Of a stretch of 64,000 bases of DNA, positions 47,370-57,451 are shown piece after piece. This DNA comes from an uncultured archaeon (GTDB lineage Archaea > Halobacteriota > Archaeoglobi > Archaeoglobales > Archaeoglobaceae). The stretch is from the NCBI GenBank assembly GCA_964478605.1, contig CAYZIW010000006.1, forward strand, positions 1,002-65,001. The letters are read 5' to 3'. The translations under genes were made by a program, and so were the position numbers. The number at the start of each line of letters is the position of its first letter. Positions within the stretch are counted from its first letter, which is position 1. A model generated the notes under the pieces. The model was not told the origin of the DNA. It saw only the letters and a list, made by a program, of their open reading frames with translations, and did not search any database.

Positions 47370-48727
47370 TACCAAGGATAGTAGTAGCAGCTGCTAATAG
47401 TGGCAGCGGAAAAACGATGATAACCTGTGGAATAGCGAGGGCTTTAAAGAATAGAGGTTACACTGTCCAGACCTTTAAGGTTGGACCAGACTTTATAGAT
47501 CCAAAATATCACAGCCTAGCGTCTGGAAGATACTGTGCAAATCTGGACTCCTGGCTCATGGATGAAGGAACGATACTAAAGGACTTCAGCTATTACTGCA
47601 GCGATGCAGACATTGCAATTATCGAAGGGGTTAGGAGTCTTTACGATTCTTCAGACCCGCTAAGCACAAAAGGAAGTACATATTCGGTTGCAAAAATTTT
47701 AAAAGCTCCAATAATCCTTACGATAGACGTTCGCGGACTTAACATGGGTGCAGCAGCGATTGTAAAGGGTTTCAAAACGCTTTTCGATGCAGATATCAGG
47801 GGGGTTATACTGAACTCATCCAGGGGGGAGAAACACGAGTTGAAAGTCAAGAAGGCAATTGAAGAGCTCACCGGCATAGAAGTTTTAGGTGCAATCCCAA
47901 GAAAAAAAGAACTTGAAATTGAAATGCGCCATCTTGGGCTTGTTACGGTAGAGGAACTAGAAAAAAGTGCTGAAGAAAAAATAAAAATCTGGGCGGAAGT
48001 TGTTGAAGAGCGAATTGATCTGGATAAGATCGTCAAAATCGCAGAATCTGCAGAAAAGATAAGTACAACCAGTAGAGAGAGGGAAGAGATTCCAGGAGAG
48101 ATAGAGATAGCTATAGCATATGATAAAGCTTTCAACTTCTACTACGCCCAAAATCTTGATCTGCTTAGAAATTTAGGCGCTAAGATTCACATTTTTAGTC
48201 CGTTGCAGAAATTTGAGGATTTTGAACAAATTAGTGGAGTAATAATTGGCGGAGGTTATCCTGAACTTTACGCTTGCGAATTCAACGAAAGAACGATGGA
48301 GCTTTTAAGGGAAAAAATTGAAGATGAGTGCCCGGTATATGCGGAATGTGGCGGCTTGATGTACCTCTGCAAGAATTTAATAAATAAAAATGAAAAATTT
48401 CGGGGTGTTGGTGTTATAGATGCGGATGCCATATTTGATACATCGAGAAGGTACCTCGGATATGTAAGGGGATCTTGCATACGAGAAAACATTTTGTTTG
48501 GGGTAAAAGACAAGATTCAGGGCCACGAATTCCACTATTCATACCTCGAAATCCAAGAAGATGTGAAGTACGCTTACAGGCTCGAAAGAGGTTACGGAAT
48601 AGACGGTGAGCACGATGGAATTTTGGTCCATAGTACACTTGCATCCTACATCCACCTTCTCTTCTCCGGCCAAGAGAAGTCTTTGAAAAAATTTTTGGAG
48701 AATGCGGCCAAATACAGCAAGAGGTAA
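47366..48727 (+). CDS. cfbB: Ni-sirohydrochlorin a,c-diamide synthase (CbiA/CobB family amidotransferase)
   Basis: 453 aa. Contains ANSGSGKTMITCGIARAL, FKVGPDFIDPKYH and the GATase motif AECGGLMYL. Assigned to F430 rather than cobalamin by context only. Confidence 0.75.
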   Translation: MIPRIVVAAANSGSGKTMITCGIARALKNRGYTVQTFKVGPDFIDPKYHSLASGRYCANLDSWLMDEGTILKDFSYYCSDADIAIIEGVRSLYDSSDPLSTKGSTYSVAKILKAPIILTIDVRGLNMGAAAIVKGFKTLFDADIRGVILNSSRGEKHELKVKKAIEELTGIEVLGAIPRKKELEIEMRHLGLVTVEELEKSAEEKIKIWAEVVEERIDLDKIVKIAESAEKISTTSREREEIPGEIEIAIAYDKAFNFYYAQNLDLLRNLGAKIHIFSPLQKFEDFEQISGVIIGGGYPELYACEFNERTMELLREKIEDECPVYAECGGLMYLCKNLINKNEKFRGVGVIDADAIFDTSRRYLGYVRGSCIRENILFGVKDKIQGHEFHYSYLEIQEDVKYAYRLERGYGIDGEHDGILVHSTLASYIHLLFSGQEKSLKKFLENAAKYSKR

Positions 48728-48794
48728 CTCTTTAAAAATTAAACGTTTTTGATTTCTCGTAAAAACTTTTAAATCGTTTTCAAAAATTCGATCA

Positions 48795-49739
48795 ATGGCT
48801 GAAATAGATCTGGGCAGAGTTGTAAGTGAACTCAGAAACTGGCCTGGATTGACAAGGAAAAGATTTGCTGGAAAACTGGCGGAACTCGTAGATGACTTTT
48901 TTGGAGAAGATGCAGGCTATTTTAGCTTAGGGGATACAGAGGTCGTTTTTACTGTAGATGGGATATGGCATAAAGTTTTGGAACAGGATCTTTACTGGGG
49001 TGGTTTTATTTCCATCCTCGTCAACGTTCACGATGTCTATGCGATGGGAGCAAGAGCTGTATATGCTGTTAATGTGATATCCGTAAGGGACGAGAGTCGC
49101 TTGGAGGAGATAAAGAGAGGAATGCTTGATGCAGCAAAGAAATATGGAGTTAGAATCGTAAAAGGCCATGTACATCCAGACGCACCATTTGATTCCGTAG
49201 AAGTAGCGATGATAGGTTTTGCAAAGAGGGGTTGCCTAATAAAGTCGAACAAAGCAAAAAACGGAGATAAGATAATTGTAGCGATCGATACCGATGGTAA
49301 ACCACATGAAAAGTTCATTTACAACTTCGATTCAACAAAGAAGGATGCAGAGGTGCTAAGAAAACAACTCAATTCTATGGTTCTATTAGCTGAAGAAAAA
49401 CTTGTAAACGCAGGAAAAGACTTAAGCAATGCCGGAATTGTGGGCACTATAGCTATGATGCTCGAAGTCAGTGGAAAGGGAGGATTTGTAGATTTAGAAA
49501 GGATTCCAAAGCCTGAAGACGTTGATTTGATCCAGTGGTTGAAAAGCTACCCAGGTTGTGGCTTCTGTGTCACTACACAGTATCCTGAAAAAGTGGTATC
49601 CATATTCGAATCCCATGGACTTGAAGCAAATGTCGTAGGTTCTGTCGATTCTTCTAAGGTATTCAAAATCGGATATGCAAGTTCGATTCAAACCTTCTTC
49701 GATTTTAACAGAGAGAGCGTTCTGGGATTAAGGTATTAA
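48795..49739 (+). CDS. PurM/AIR-synthase-related protein, methanogenesis marker 2-like
   Basis: 314 aa. PurM-superfamily pattern GEDAGYF...NVHDVYAMGA. Sits next to the cfb genes. Marker-2 identity is inferred. Confidence 0.5.
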   Translation: MAEIDLGRVVSELRNWPGLTRKRFAGKLAELVDDFFGEDAGYFSLGDTEVVFTVDGIWHKVLEQDLYWGGFISILVNVHDVYAMGARAVYAVNVISVRDESRLEEIKRGMLDAAKKYGVRIVKGHVHPDAPFDSVEVAMIGFAKRGCLIKSNKAKNGDKIIVAIDTDGKPHEKFIYNFDSTKKDAEVLRKQLNSMVLLAEEKLVNAGKDLSNAGIVGTIAMMLEVSGKGGFVDLERIPKPEDVDLIQWLKSYPGCGFCVTTQYPEKVVSIFESHGLEANVVGSVDSSKVFKIGYASSIQTFFDFNRESVLGLRY

Positions 49740-49838
49740 ACCTGTTCTTTTTATAGTTCAGCATCAGCTGCTAGACCTTTTCTAAAAATAAACATCATGA
49801 TTGATAGCGCAATATTTAAATAATTTGAGTAAACAACA

Positions 49839-51197
49839 ATGAATATGAAAAAGTTGTTGGCTTTAGGTGCACTACTTCTGCTTTCGGTAGCCCTGCTTGG
49901 ATGTGCTCAACCAGAAAAGCAGCCATCGAAACCTCTTGTAATCTGTGCACTCTTTGATCCGCGAGTTCCTGTTTTTAAAGCCGATGCCGAAGCGATAAGA
50001 CTTGCAGTTGAGGAGATAAACGCAAAAGGCGGTATAATGGGTAGACAACTTACATATATCCACGAAGACACCCAAAGAAAAGTAGACATTGCAGTAACAG
50101 CCTACAGAAGTGCTGTTCTTGAAAAAGGTTGCTCCATTGTATTTGTCGAAGGAGTTTCAGAGGAGGTTATGGCAATAATCGAAGAAGGTGCTAAAATTTA
50201 CCCCACGAATCCACATATCGTAATATCTTCACAAGCTGGAGTTGAGACTACTTTCAAAGTGATAGAGAACTATGACAAGTACAAGTTCTACTTTAGAAAT
50301 CTACCACCAGACCCCAACTTGAACTACGAAGTTGCTAGATGGTTCTTTGATATTGCTAAGAACGTTGTCGGCGCTAAGAAAGTTGCGTTACTGCTTGAAG
50401 ACGCCGCATGGACAAAATGTGCCAGAGAAGGATGCGTATACGAGAGTAAGTTTGGAAAGTTCGAGAGCAAGGCAATGAAAGACTGGGTGAAAGATGAGTA
50501 TGGTTTAGAAGTCGTCTACGTTGCTCACATAGCTGTTGGTGAGTCTAATTTCCTACCGATGCTTGAAACCGCTGCGAAGAATGGTGCAGAGTACATATTT
50601 GTATTATCAAGCTGGTACACAAATACTGTCACCCTTACTAAACAATGGGCAGCATCTGCAGCAAGAGATATACCGCTAGCATTCTTCGGAGGTCCGGCAC
50701 AGTGGATAAGATCGTGGAACCTCACTGGAGGGGATAATCTGGGAACAATAGCTATGATCTACGATTACGATGCTCTACCGCCAATAAGTCCTCTAACGCA
50801 AAACTTGATAAAGAAGATGCACGAACTTGGGCTTTCAGTGGATACATCTGTCAGCTACTACTACTCGGAGGTTTACAGAATAAAAGAGGCTATGGAGAAG
50901 GCAAAAACCACTGAAAATATAGATGCTGTAATAAAAGCCTTGGAAGAGCTCAACTTCACCAACCACGCAACAATAGTTCCAAAGTTCAATTACTTCGGCT
51001 ACAGAAATGCCAACTTCCACTCTTACACTGGAGGTCCAACGCTGAATGCTCAGATCCAATGCAACGGTACACCTGCATATATTATGAGGCCGGAGGTTAT
51101 ACTTGAAGCTGGTTTCCCTAAACCAGTTGCTGATGCTATGAACCCAGCAGCCTACAAACCGCCGGCAGAGCTAAGAAAGATATGTGGAAAAACTTGA
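49839..51197 (+). CDS. ABC substrate-binding lipoprotein, branched-chain amino acid (LivK-like) family
   Basis: 452 aa. Signal peptide with lipobox LLGC, and a type I periplasmic-binding-protein pattern. Confidence 0.7.
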   Translation: MNMKKLLALGALLLLSVALLGCAQPEKQPSKPLVICALFDPRVPVFKADAEAIRLAVEEINAKGGIMGRQLTYIHEDTQRKVDIAVTAYRSAVLEKGCSIVFVEGVSEEVMAIIEEGAKIYPTNPHIVISSQAGVETTFKVIENYDKYKFYFRNLPPDPNLNYEVARWFFDIAKNVVGAKKVALLLEDAAWTKCAREGCVYESKFGKFESKAMKDWVKDEYGLEVVYVAHIAVGESNFLPMLETAAKNGAEYIFVLSSWYTNTVTLTKQWAASAARDIPLAFFGGPAQWIRSWNLTGGDNLGTIAMIYDYDALPPISPLTQNLIKKMHELGLSVDTSVSYYYSEVYRIKEAMEKAKTTENIDAVIKALEELNFTNHATIVPKFNYFGYRNANFHSYTGGPTLNAQIQCNGTPAYIMRPEVILEAGFPKPVADAMNPAAYKPPAELRKICGKT

Positions 51198-51224
51198 AAT
51201 ATTTTTATTTTTTATGGTGATGAA

Positions 51225-52097
51225 ATGTTTGATGTGTTGAGTTTGGTGTTAGTGTACACTTTCGTGTTTGGATCGCTATACCTTGGAATGGCTTTAGGTT
51301 TTACAATAATAAGCGGTGTGCTTAGAATATTCCACTTGGCCTATGGAGCATTGTTTCTTATAACCGCCTACGGAACTTGGTTCTTCTGGAAAGATGCTGG
51401 AATGCAGTTTGAATTAGCTATCTTCATGTCTTTCGTGCTAGTTGCCATTTTTGCAATAATTGTCTATCGATTTGTTATGAAACCATTCATAGAACTGGAA
51501 GACTACTTGCTTGCTGCTCTGATATCTGTCTTCATAATTGTCGAAGAGGTCATAAACTACCTTTATCCAGAAGTTGTGGGAGTTTATCTACCAACTGCAA
51601 TAGTTAAAGAAACCGTAAAAGTTGGAGCTGCAAACGTACCAGGTCAGCTCCTCATAACGGCTTTTGTGTCGATAGCCATGGTGGTTATCTACTTAATATT
51701 CTTTGTTAAGACAAAGCAAGGCTTGATAATGAGAGCCATAAGCCAGGACATCTTTGCATCGAAGCTCGTCGGCGTCAACTTTGACAGGATGTACGCCATC
51801 GCAATGATAGTAGCCTCAATTCCACCGGGGGTTATTATATTGCTCATAAGTCCGGTTTGGGCACTTAATCCTTTTATAGGTTGGTCTTTGTTTACCTACG
51901 CAATATTAGTTACAGTTCTTGGTGGACTTGGAAATCTAAAAGGCTCCATAATGGCTGCATACATTATAGGATTCATACATGCAGTTGTAGGTTTTGCAAT
52001 AGATCCAAGAATGATGCTTCTAACATCGCTAATTGTTGTTATCCTTGTTTTAAGTTTCCGTCCAAAAGGTTTAGCGAGGGCTGAGACGATATGGTGA
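51225..52097 (+). CDS. ABC permease, LivH-like
   Basis: 290 aa, hydrophobic, with the LivH-type pattern LGGLGNLKGS. Confidence 0.8.
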   Translation: MFDVLSLVLVYTFVFGSLYLGMALGFTIISGVLRIFHLAYGALFLITAYGTWFFWKDAGMQFELAIFMSFVLVAIFAIIVYRFVMKPFIELEDYLLAALISVFIIVEEVINYLYPEVVGVYLPTAIVKETVKVGAANVPGQLLITAFVSIAMVVIYLIFFVKTKQGLIMRAISQDIFASKLVGVNFDRMYAIAMIVASIPPGVIILLISPVWALNPFIGWSLFTYAILVTVLGGLGNLKGSIMAAYIIGFIHAVVGFAIDPRMMLLTSLIVVILVLSFRPKGLARAETIW

Positions 52098-53167
52098 TGG
52101 ATATAAAGTTCGAACCTCGAAGAGGTAGACTGGTCATTCACGCCTTTGGGAGAAAGTACGACTGGATAATAGAACCAAGATATTGGAGAAATCCATTTAT
52201 AGGCTTTTTGATCTGGCTATCTCTGCCTTTAATCGTTACTTTGGCCGCATCCCTTATGAATCTCAAACCTGTTGCGTTGATATCCACTCTGATATTTGCA
52301 AACATTCTAATAATCGTCAGCATACCCCTCGTTCTGCAGATCGTAGGTACTGGCAGAGTGAACTTTGGTCCGCACTTCTTTGTTGCATTGGGTGGCTATA
52401 CAGCAGCTCTGTTAAGTAAAAATTTCGGTATAAGTCCAATTTTAACACTTCCAGTGTCCTTCATAGTTGGTCTGTTGATAGGGCTAGCTTTGAGTCCGAT
52501 AACCATCATTTCGAGGGGAGTGTACTTTGTTTTAATAACCCTCCTACTACCCTTTATACTTGCCGAACTTGCTTACTGGAGATCTGACATATTTGGCGCA
52601 GAAACCGGGATTCCGGGTGTGGAGGTTATGGTCCACACAGGAAATTTTATGAACGATCTAGTAATATACTTCTACATCTCATTTCTGATCGGATTTTTGT
52701 ACCTTCTAATCGTAGATAGAGTTCTTCGATCTCGCTATGGTTTCCTCATGGGCGTGATAAACGAAGATGAAGATGTCGCCGCAGCCTATGGAATAGATGT
52801 AAACAAGATAAAAGTGATAGTGTTTACATTTACTAGTGGTGCAATGGCAGTCGCTGGATGGTTTTTGGCTCATTATCAGGGTTCATTTACTGGACCAGCA
52901 TGGCTAACTCCAGCTTTCCTCATACTAGTGCTACTAACAACGACCCTCGGTGGAAAGGGGGCTATATATGGCGTGGTTATAAGTGGATACGTTATAGCCA
53001 TGCTTAGAGAAGTTACGAGAACAACCTTCGGAGAACTTTCAACTGTAGCTTTATTCCTGATACTGTTGATTTTACTCTATCTGCTCAGAGAAGGCTTCTG
53101 GGGACTTTACAGAAAAAGAAGGTACAGAGAATACGAGCCAAGTATACGGATAAGGAGGAAAACGTGA
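52091..53167 (+). CDS. ABC permease, LivM-like
   Basis: 358 aa, hydrophobic, with LGGKGAIYG. Confidence 0.8.
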   Translation: MVMDIKFEPRRGRLVIHAFGRKYDWIIEPRYWRNPFIGFLIWLSLPLIVTLAASLMNLKPVALISTLIFANILIIVSIPLVLQIVGTGRVNFGPHFFVALGGYTAALLSKNFGISPILTLPVSFIVGLLIGLALSPITIISRGVYFVLITLLLPFILAELAYWRSDIFGAETGIPGVEVMVHTGNFMNDLVIYFYISFLIGFLYLLIVDRVLRSRYGFLMGVINEDEDVAAAYGIDVNKIKVIVFTFTSGAMAVAGWFLAHYQGSFTGPAWLTPAFLILVLLTTTLGGKGAIYGVVISGYVIAMLREVTRTTFGELSTVALFLILLILLYLLREGFWGLYRKRRYREYEPSIRIRRKT

Positions 53168-53176
53168 GGTGATGAT

Positions 53177-53905
53177 GTGCTTAAAGTCTCACGCCTTACA
53201 AAGAGGTTTGGAGGAATAATCGCTGTAAATGATGTAAGCTTCGAAGTTAAAAAGGGGGAGATTGTCGGACTTATCGGCCCAAACGGTGCTGGAAAGAGCA
53301 CGCTGATCAACTTGATTTCCGGATTCTACATGCCTGACAAGGGATCGATTGAATTTAACGGAAAAGATATAACAGCAAGTAAAATGCACGAAAGGGCAAA
53401 AATGGGAATTGCAAGGACCTTCCAGAATCCCAGACTTGTTTCAAACATGACTGCACTTATGAATGTAATCTACGCTGTTCTGGGTAGCGAAAGAGGTAAA
53501 AAGATCTCCTTGGTAGAGGCTTACGGTGAAGCAATGTATTACTTAGATCTTTTTGGTTTGCTGAAAAAAAGAGATATAATTGTGAGTGATCTTCCTATCT
53601 ACGAGCTTAGACTTTTAGAACTTGCAAGGGCCTTAGCTTTGCAACCAAAACTTCTACTTATTGATGAAGCAATGGCTGGCCTGAATCCCGCTGAAGCTGA
53701 GAGTGTTTCAAGGCTAATAAATCGAATAAGAGAGGAATTCGATCTAACCATAATCTGGGTTGAGCATGTCCTTAAAATTTTGATGAAATCGGTTGAAAGA
53801 ATAATAGTGATGCACTACGGTAAGCTTTTAGCGGACGGTTTTCCGGAAGAGGTTGTGAAAAAGCCGGAGGTTGTTGAAGCCTATGTAGGAGAGGAGAAAG
53901 TATGA
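53177..53905 (+). CDS. ABC ATPase, LivG-like
   Basis: 242 aa. Contains GPNGAGKST, FQNPRL, and LLLIDEAMAGLNP. Confidence 0.85.
   Translation: MLKVSRLTKRFGGIIAVNDVSFEVKKGEIVGLIGPNGAGKSTLINLISGFYMPDKGSIEFNGKDITASKMHERAKMGIARTFQNPRLVSNMTALMNVIYAVLGSERGKKISLVEAYGEAMYYLDLFGLLKKRDIIVSDLPIYELRLLELARALALQPKLLLIDEAMAGLNPAEAESVSRLINRIREEFDLTIIWVEHVLKILMKSVERIIVMHYGKLLADGFPEEVVKKPEVVEAYVGEEKV
53241..53302. repeat. 62-nt direct repeat, copy 1 (LivG-like Walker A region)
   Basis: tcgaagttaaaaagggggagattgtcggacttatcggcccaaacggtgctggaaagagcacg matches 53966-54027 with one mismatch. Confidence 0.9.
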
Positions 53906-54609
53906 TAAAAGTGGAAGATCTTGAAGTCTGGTACGGCAAGATTTTAGCTGTATCTGGAGTATCTATCGAAGTTAAAAAGGGGGAGATTGTTGGACTTATC
54001 GGCCCAAACGGTGCTGGAAAGAGCACGATCGTAAATTCGATAATAGGTGTTGTTAAACCGAAAAAAGGAAAGATAGAGATGAACGGCGAAAGACTTGAAA
54101 ATTTGCCGACGCATGAGATAATAAAGAGAGGAGTAACAATAGCTCCCGAAGGTAGAAAGCTATTTCCTTTCCTAACCGTTGAAGAGAACCTTATGATTGG
54201 TGCCATAAACGGTGAAGCTTGGAAAAAAAGAAAAGACGTACTTGAGATGATCTATTCAAGATTCCCCAGACTTAAAGAGAGAAAAGCTCAGCTTGCTGGA
54301 ACGTTGAGTGGTGGAGAGCAGCAGATGTTGACGATAGCAAGAGCTTTGATGTCCTCACCAAAACTACTGTTAGTAGATGAGCCTAGCTTAGGATTAGCCC
54401 CAAAGATAGCCTTAGAGGTATATAAACTACTAAAATCGCTCAGAGATGAGAGTGGAATAACAATTTTACTTGCAGATCAAAACGCACGGAGAGTTCTTGA
54501 AATTAGCGATAGAGCATATATAGTAGAGAACGGTAGAATTGTAATACAAGGCGTTAGCGAGGAGCTTTTAGGTGATAAAAACGTGAGGAGGGTGTATTTG
54601 GGGCTATGA
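53902..54609 (+). CDS. ABC ATPase, LivF-like
   Basis: 235 aa. Contains GPNGAGKST, LSGGEQQM and LLLVDEPSLGLAP. Confidence 0.85.
   Translation: MIKVEDLEVWYGKILAVSGVSIEVKKGEIVGLIGPNGAGKSTIVNSIIGVVKPKKGKIEMNGERLENLPTHEIIKRGVTIAPEGRKLFPFLTVEENLMIGAINGEAWKKRKDVLEMIYSRFPRLKERKAQLAGTLSGGEQQMLTIARALMSSPKLLLVDEPSLGLAPKIALEVYKLLKSLRDESGITILLADQNARRVLEISDRAYIVENGRIVIQGVSEELLGDKNVRRVYLGL
53966..54027. repeat. 62-nt direct repeat, copy 2 (LivF-like Walker A region)
   Basis: 61 of 62 positions identical to 53241-53302. Confidence 0.9.
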
Positions 54610-55896
54610 CGGACTATTTCAGCTTTATAGAATCTATTATTAAAAATGGTGAAAAAAGAGATGAACCTTTGAAGGGTTTGAAAGTCGTAGAGGTTACTCA
54701 CTTCATTTTTGGTCCAAACGTGGGAAGAATTCTGGCTCAGTTCGGTGCAGAAGTTGTAAAGGATTGGGGCAGTTTTTGGAAGGTTTTACAAAAAGTGCAA
54801 CCTCGTGTATGGAATAGTAAATGCAAACAAGTACTTCATAGCCGCAGATGCCAGAAACGCAAAGGCTAGAGAAATAATTTTTGAACTTGTTCGCCGCGCT
54901 GATGTTTTTATTGAAAACCTCAGAGCTGGACTAGCAGATGCCATGGGTATAGGTTACTTACAAGTTCGAAAAGTCAATCCGAAGATAATTTATCTTAGCT
55001 GTTCAGGATACGGCCAGTACGGGCCACTAAGTAAAGCTCCAAGCTTTGACGTTGCTGCACAGGGTGTTTCATCAGTCGCCTTAAAAACAGGATGGGAGGA
55101 TGTGGATGAATTCTACAAACTCCCAGACTACTTTGGAGACTATCTTCCTTCCATGATAGCCGTTTTTGCAGTGCTTTCTGCACTTTACTACAGAGAAAAA
55201 ACAGGAAAAGGACAGTATATAGATGTATCACAAACAGAATGTCTATTAAGGTTCCTGTACGATTTAACCTACTACAGCCTAACGGGAGAAGAAATAGGAA
55301 AAACAGGAAACATCGATCCAACTGCAAGTCCTTCGGGGATTTTCAAAACTTCCGATGGTAAGTTCGTTGCAATTGCAGTACTAACTGAAAAGCAGTTCAA
55401 AGCGCTTGCAGAATTGATTGAAGGACTTGAAAACGAAGACAGACTAAAAAAAGAAAGAATACTTGAACTAAATGAAAAAGTAGAAAAGTGGGTCGCAAAT
55501 CATAGCCTAGAAGAACTACTCGAAATAGCAAAGAAAAAAAGTATTCCGATCTCTCCCGTTCTAAACGATGTTGAAATATTTGAAGATCCATGGAGGTGGG
55601 AAAGGGGAAGCATTGTAAAGGTTAAAGATAGGCTCATCGGTGAAGTGCCTGCTCCAGGTCCTTTCGCAATTATGAGTGCAACTCCCGGAAAGATTAAGTG
55701 GATATCAAGACCGGTAGGTTACCATAATAGACTAATATTAAAAAAGTGGCTTGGGCTAAGCGATGAAGAGATCGAAAAGCTGGAGAAAGAGGGGGTGATT
55801 GGATACTGGGACGAAATGCCTGGAATGGCCCCACCACCAACTTGGAAAGAAGATGAGGATCCTGTTTTTAAGGGTGAGAAGGATGAGCAGGGATGA
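54606..55896 (+). pseudogene. Family III CoA-transferase (CaiB/BaiF/Frc-like), split by an apparent +1 frameshift
   Basis: The N-terminal piece (LKGLKVVEVTHFIFGPNVGRILAQFGAEVVK) is in frame 0 and stops at 54869. The rest (NANKYFIAAD...ADVFIENLRAGLADAMGIGY...SCSGYGQYGP) is in frame +1, which is open from 54760. T5 and A5 runs lie in the overlap. Confidence 0.7.
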
Positions 55897-57097
55897 AATC
55901 CTGAAAAATCTTTTTATGGAAGATGAAAAACCCCTTGCCCTGCAAGATGTAAAGGTCGTGGAAATCTGCGGTGAAAACTTTGCAGCTGCAATAGCTGGAT
56001 CTTTACTTGCTGAAGTCGGTGCAAAAGTTACCAGAATTGAATTTGACGATGAAGCGAAAGATTTAACCCCCTTTGGTGTTAAAGTTGAAGATCTCGGCAT
56101 CCCTTACCTTGTTGAAACGCGAAACAAGGAGATAATCAGATACGACGAAAAAGTCAGAGAAATTGTATCTTCAGCAGATATAGTAATAGATGGTATGCCT
56201 CCCGGCTATCTTGAAGATCTAGGAATGGGCTATAGACAGCTATCTGAACTCAATCCAAGAATTATTTATGTTGCCATATCCCCTTTTGGACATTTTACCT
56301 CAAAAGCTAAGGAATTCAAAAACGTACCGGATTCAGATCTGACAGCTCAAGCTTACAACGGATATCCTACATTGATAGGTAACCCCTACCTCACAGAAAA
56401 GCATTCTTATCCTTTAAAAGCCGGAATTTGGGCAGCTTGGACGATGGCAGGTGTTAATGCTGCAGTTGCAGCCCTTATAGCACTTATTGAGAGATCGAAA
56501 AGTGGCAAGGGGCAGTTTATAGACATTGCAACCAACGATGCACTCGTAGTTATCAATGCGTTTCCAATAATAATTGGTTTTCTGTTCAACAAACCGAGGG
56601 GTAGGTTCGGTACTGTGGATTATATACTTTACCCGTTCGGCTATTACAGGGTCAAAGATGGATACATTGCACTTGCAACACCAACAGATGCAGATTTCAG
56701 AGCTTTGTTGAAGATAATAAAGAGATGGGACCTAGAACCAGACTGGAAGTTCTCCTTAGATAGGATCTCAGATGACCTCGAAAGAATAAAAATTTTGGAT
56801 GAGGAGCTGAACAAAACTCTGAGAAAGTTTACAACTGAAGAACTCATCAGAGCTGCAAGAAGGGCGAGAAGAGTAAAAATGCTGGGCAAACTCGTAGGAA
56901 GATTTTTAGGAGAGCCTGTGATAGTCAAACTTAACACGCTGAAAGAGGTGCTCGAAGAGGAGCACTGGAGAACAAGAAAGGCTTTCTTAACTGTAAGAGT
57001 CAATGAAAAAGAAATTTTAATCCCCAATGCTCCAATAAAAATGTCCGAGACTCCGGCTAGGATTATTAAAATTCTGAACAGAGAGGTTAAAACCTAA
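55883..57097 (+). CDS. Family III CoA-transferase, intact paralogue
   Basis: About 404 aa. Contains LQDVKVVEICGENFAAAIAGSLLAEVGAKVTRIE, ADIVIDGMPPGYLEDLGMGY and ISPFGHF. Start taken at MSRDEIL (55883). Confidence 0.8.
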   Translation: MSRDEILKNLFMEDEKPLALQDVKVVEICGENFAAAIAGSLLAEVGAKVTRIEFDDEAKDLTPFGVKVEDLGIPYLVETRNKEIIRYDEKVREIVSSADIVIDGMPPGYLEDLGMGYRQLSELNPRIIYVAISPFGHFTSKAKEFKNVPDSDLTAQAYNGYPTLIGNPYLTEKHSYPLKAGIWAAWTMAGVNAAVAALIALIERSKSGKGQFIDIATNDALVVINAFPIIIGFLFNKPRGRFGTVDYILYPFGYYRVKDGYIALATPTDADFRALLKIIKRWDLEPDWKFSLDRISDDLERIKILDEELNKTLRKFTTEELIRAARRARRVKMLGKLVGRFLGEPVIVKLNTLKEVLEEEHWRTRKAFLTVRVNEKEILIPNAPIKMSETPARIIKILNREVKT

Positions 57098-57114
57098 AGT
57101 CCAGATGAAATTAG

Positions 57115-57140
57115 AAAAAACGTTTTTATTTTCACTTTTT
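57115..57140 (+). terminator. Candidate terminator after the CoA-transferase genes
   Basis: Perfect palindrome AAAAACGTTTTT (57116-57127) followed by the oligo-T tracts ATTTTCACTTTTT. Confidence 0.35.
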
Positions 57141-57451
57141 GACCCGTTCGATGTTTCTAAGTTAGTGCTAATAATATAAAAAAAATTTATTAATTCTTAT
57201 ATATTTATATTTTTGAAACGAATTAAATCTACGACAAAGATAATTGAAGCGATCTAAGAAGACTGAATTTTCAAACCTTTCGAGAAAGACCAATTTAAAC
57301 GAGGAAAAGAAGTAAAAGGTATAGCAGTGTAGTCAGAAAAAGCAAATGAAGTAGTTAGGAGATTTAAGATAATATGTTCTTTTACCTAAATACAGCTTAT
57401 CAACACATTTTGAGACCAAAAGTTTATTAACCAGTTTTCTAAAAATTAAAC

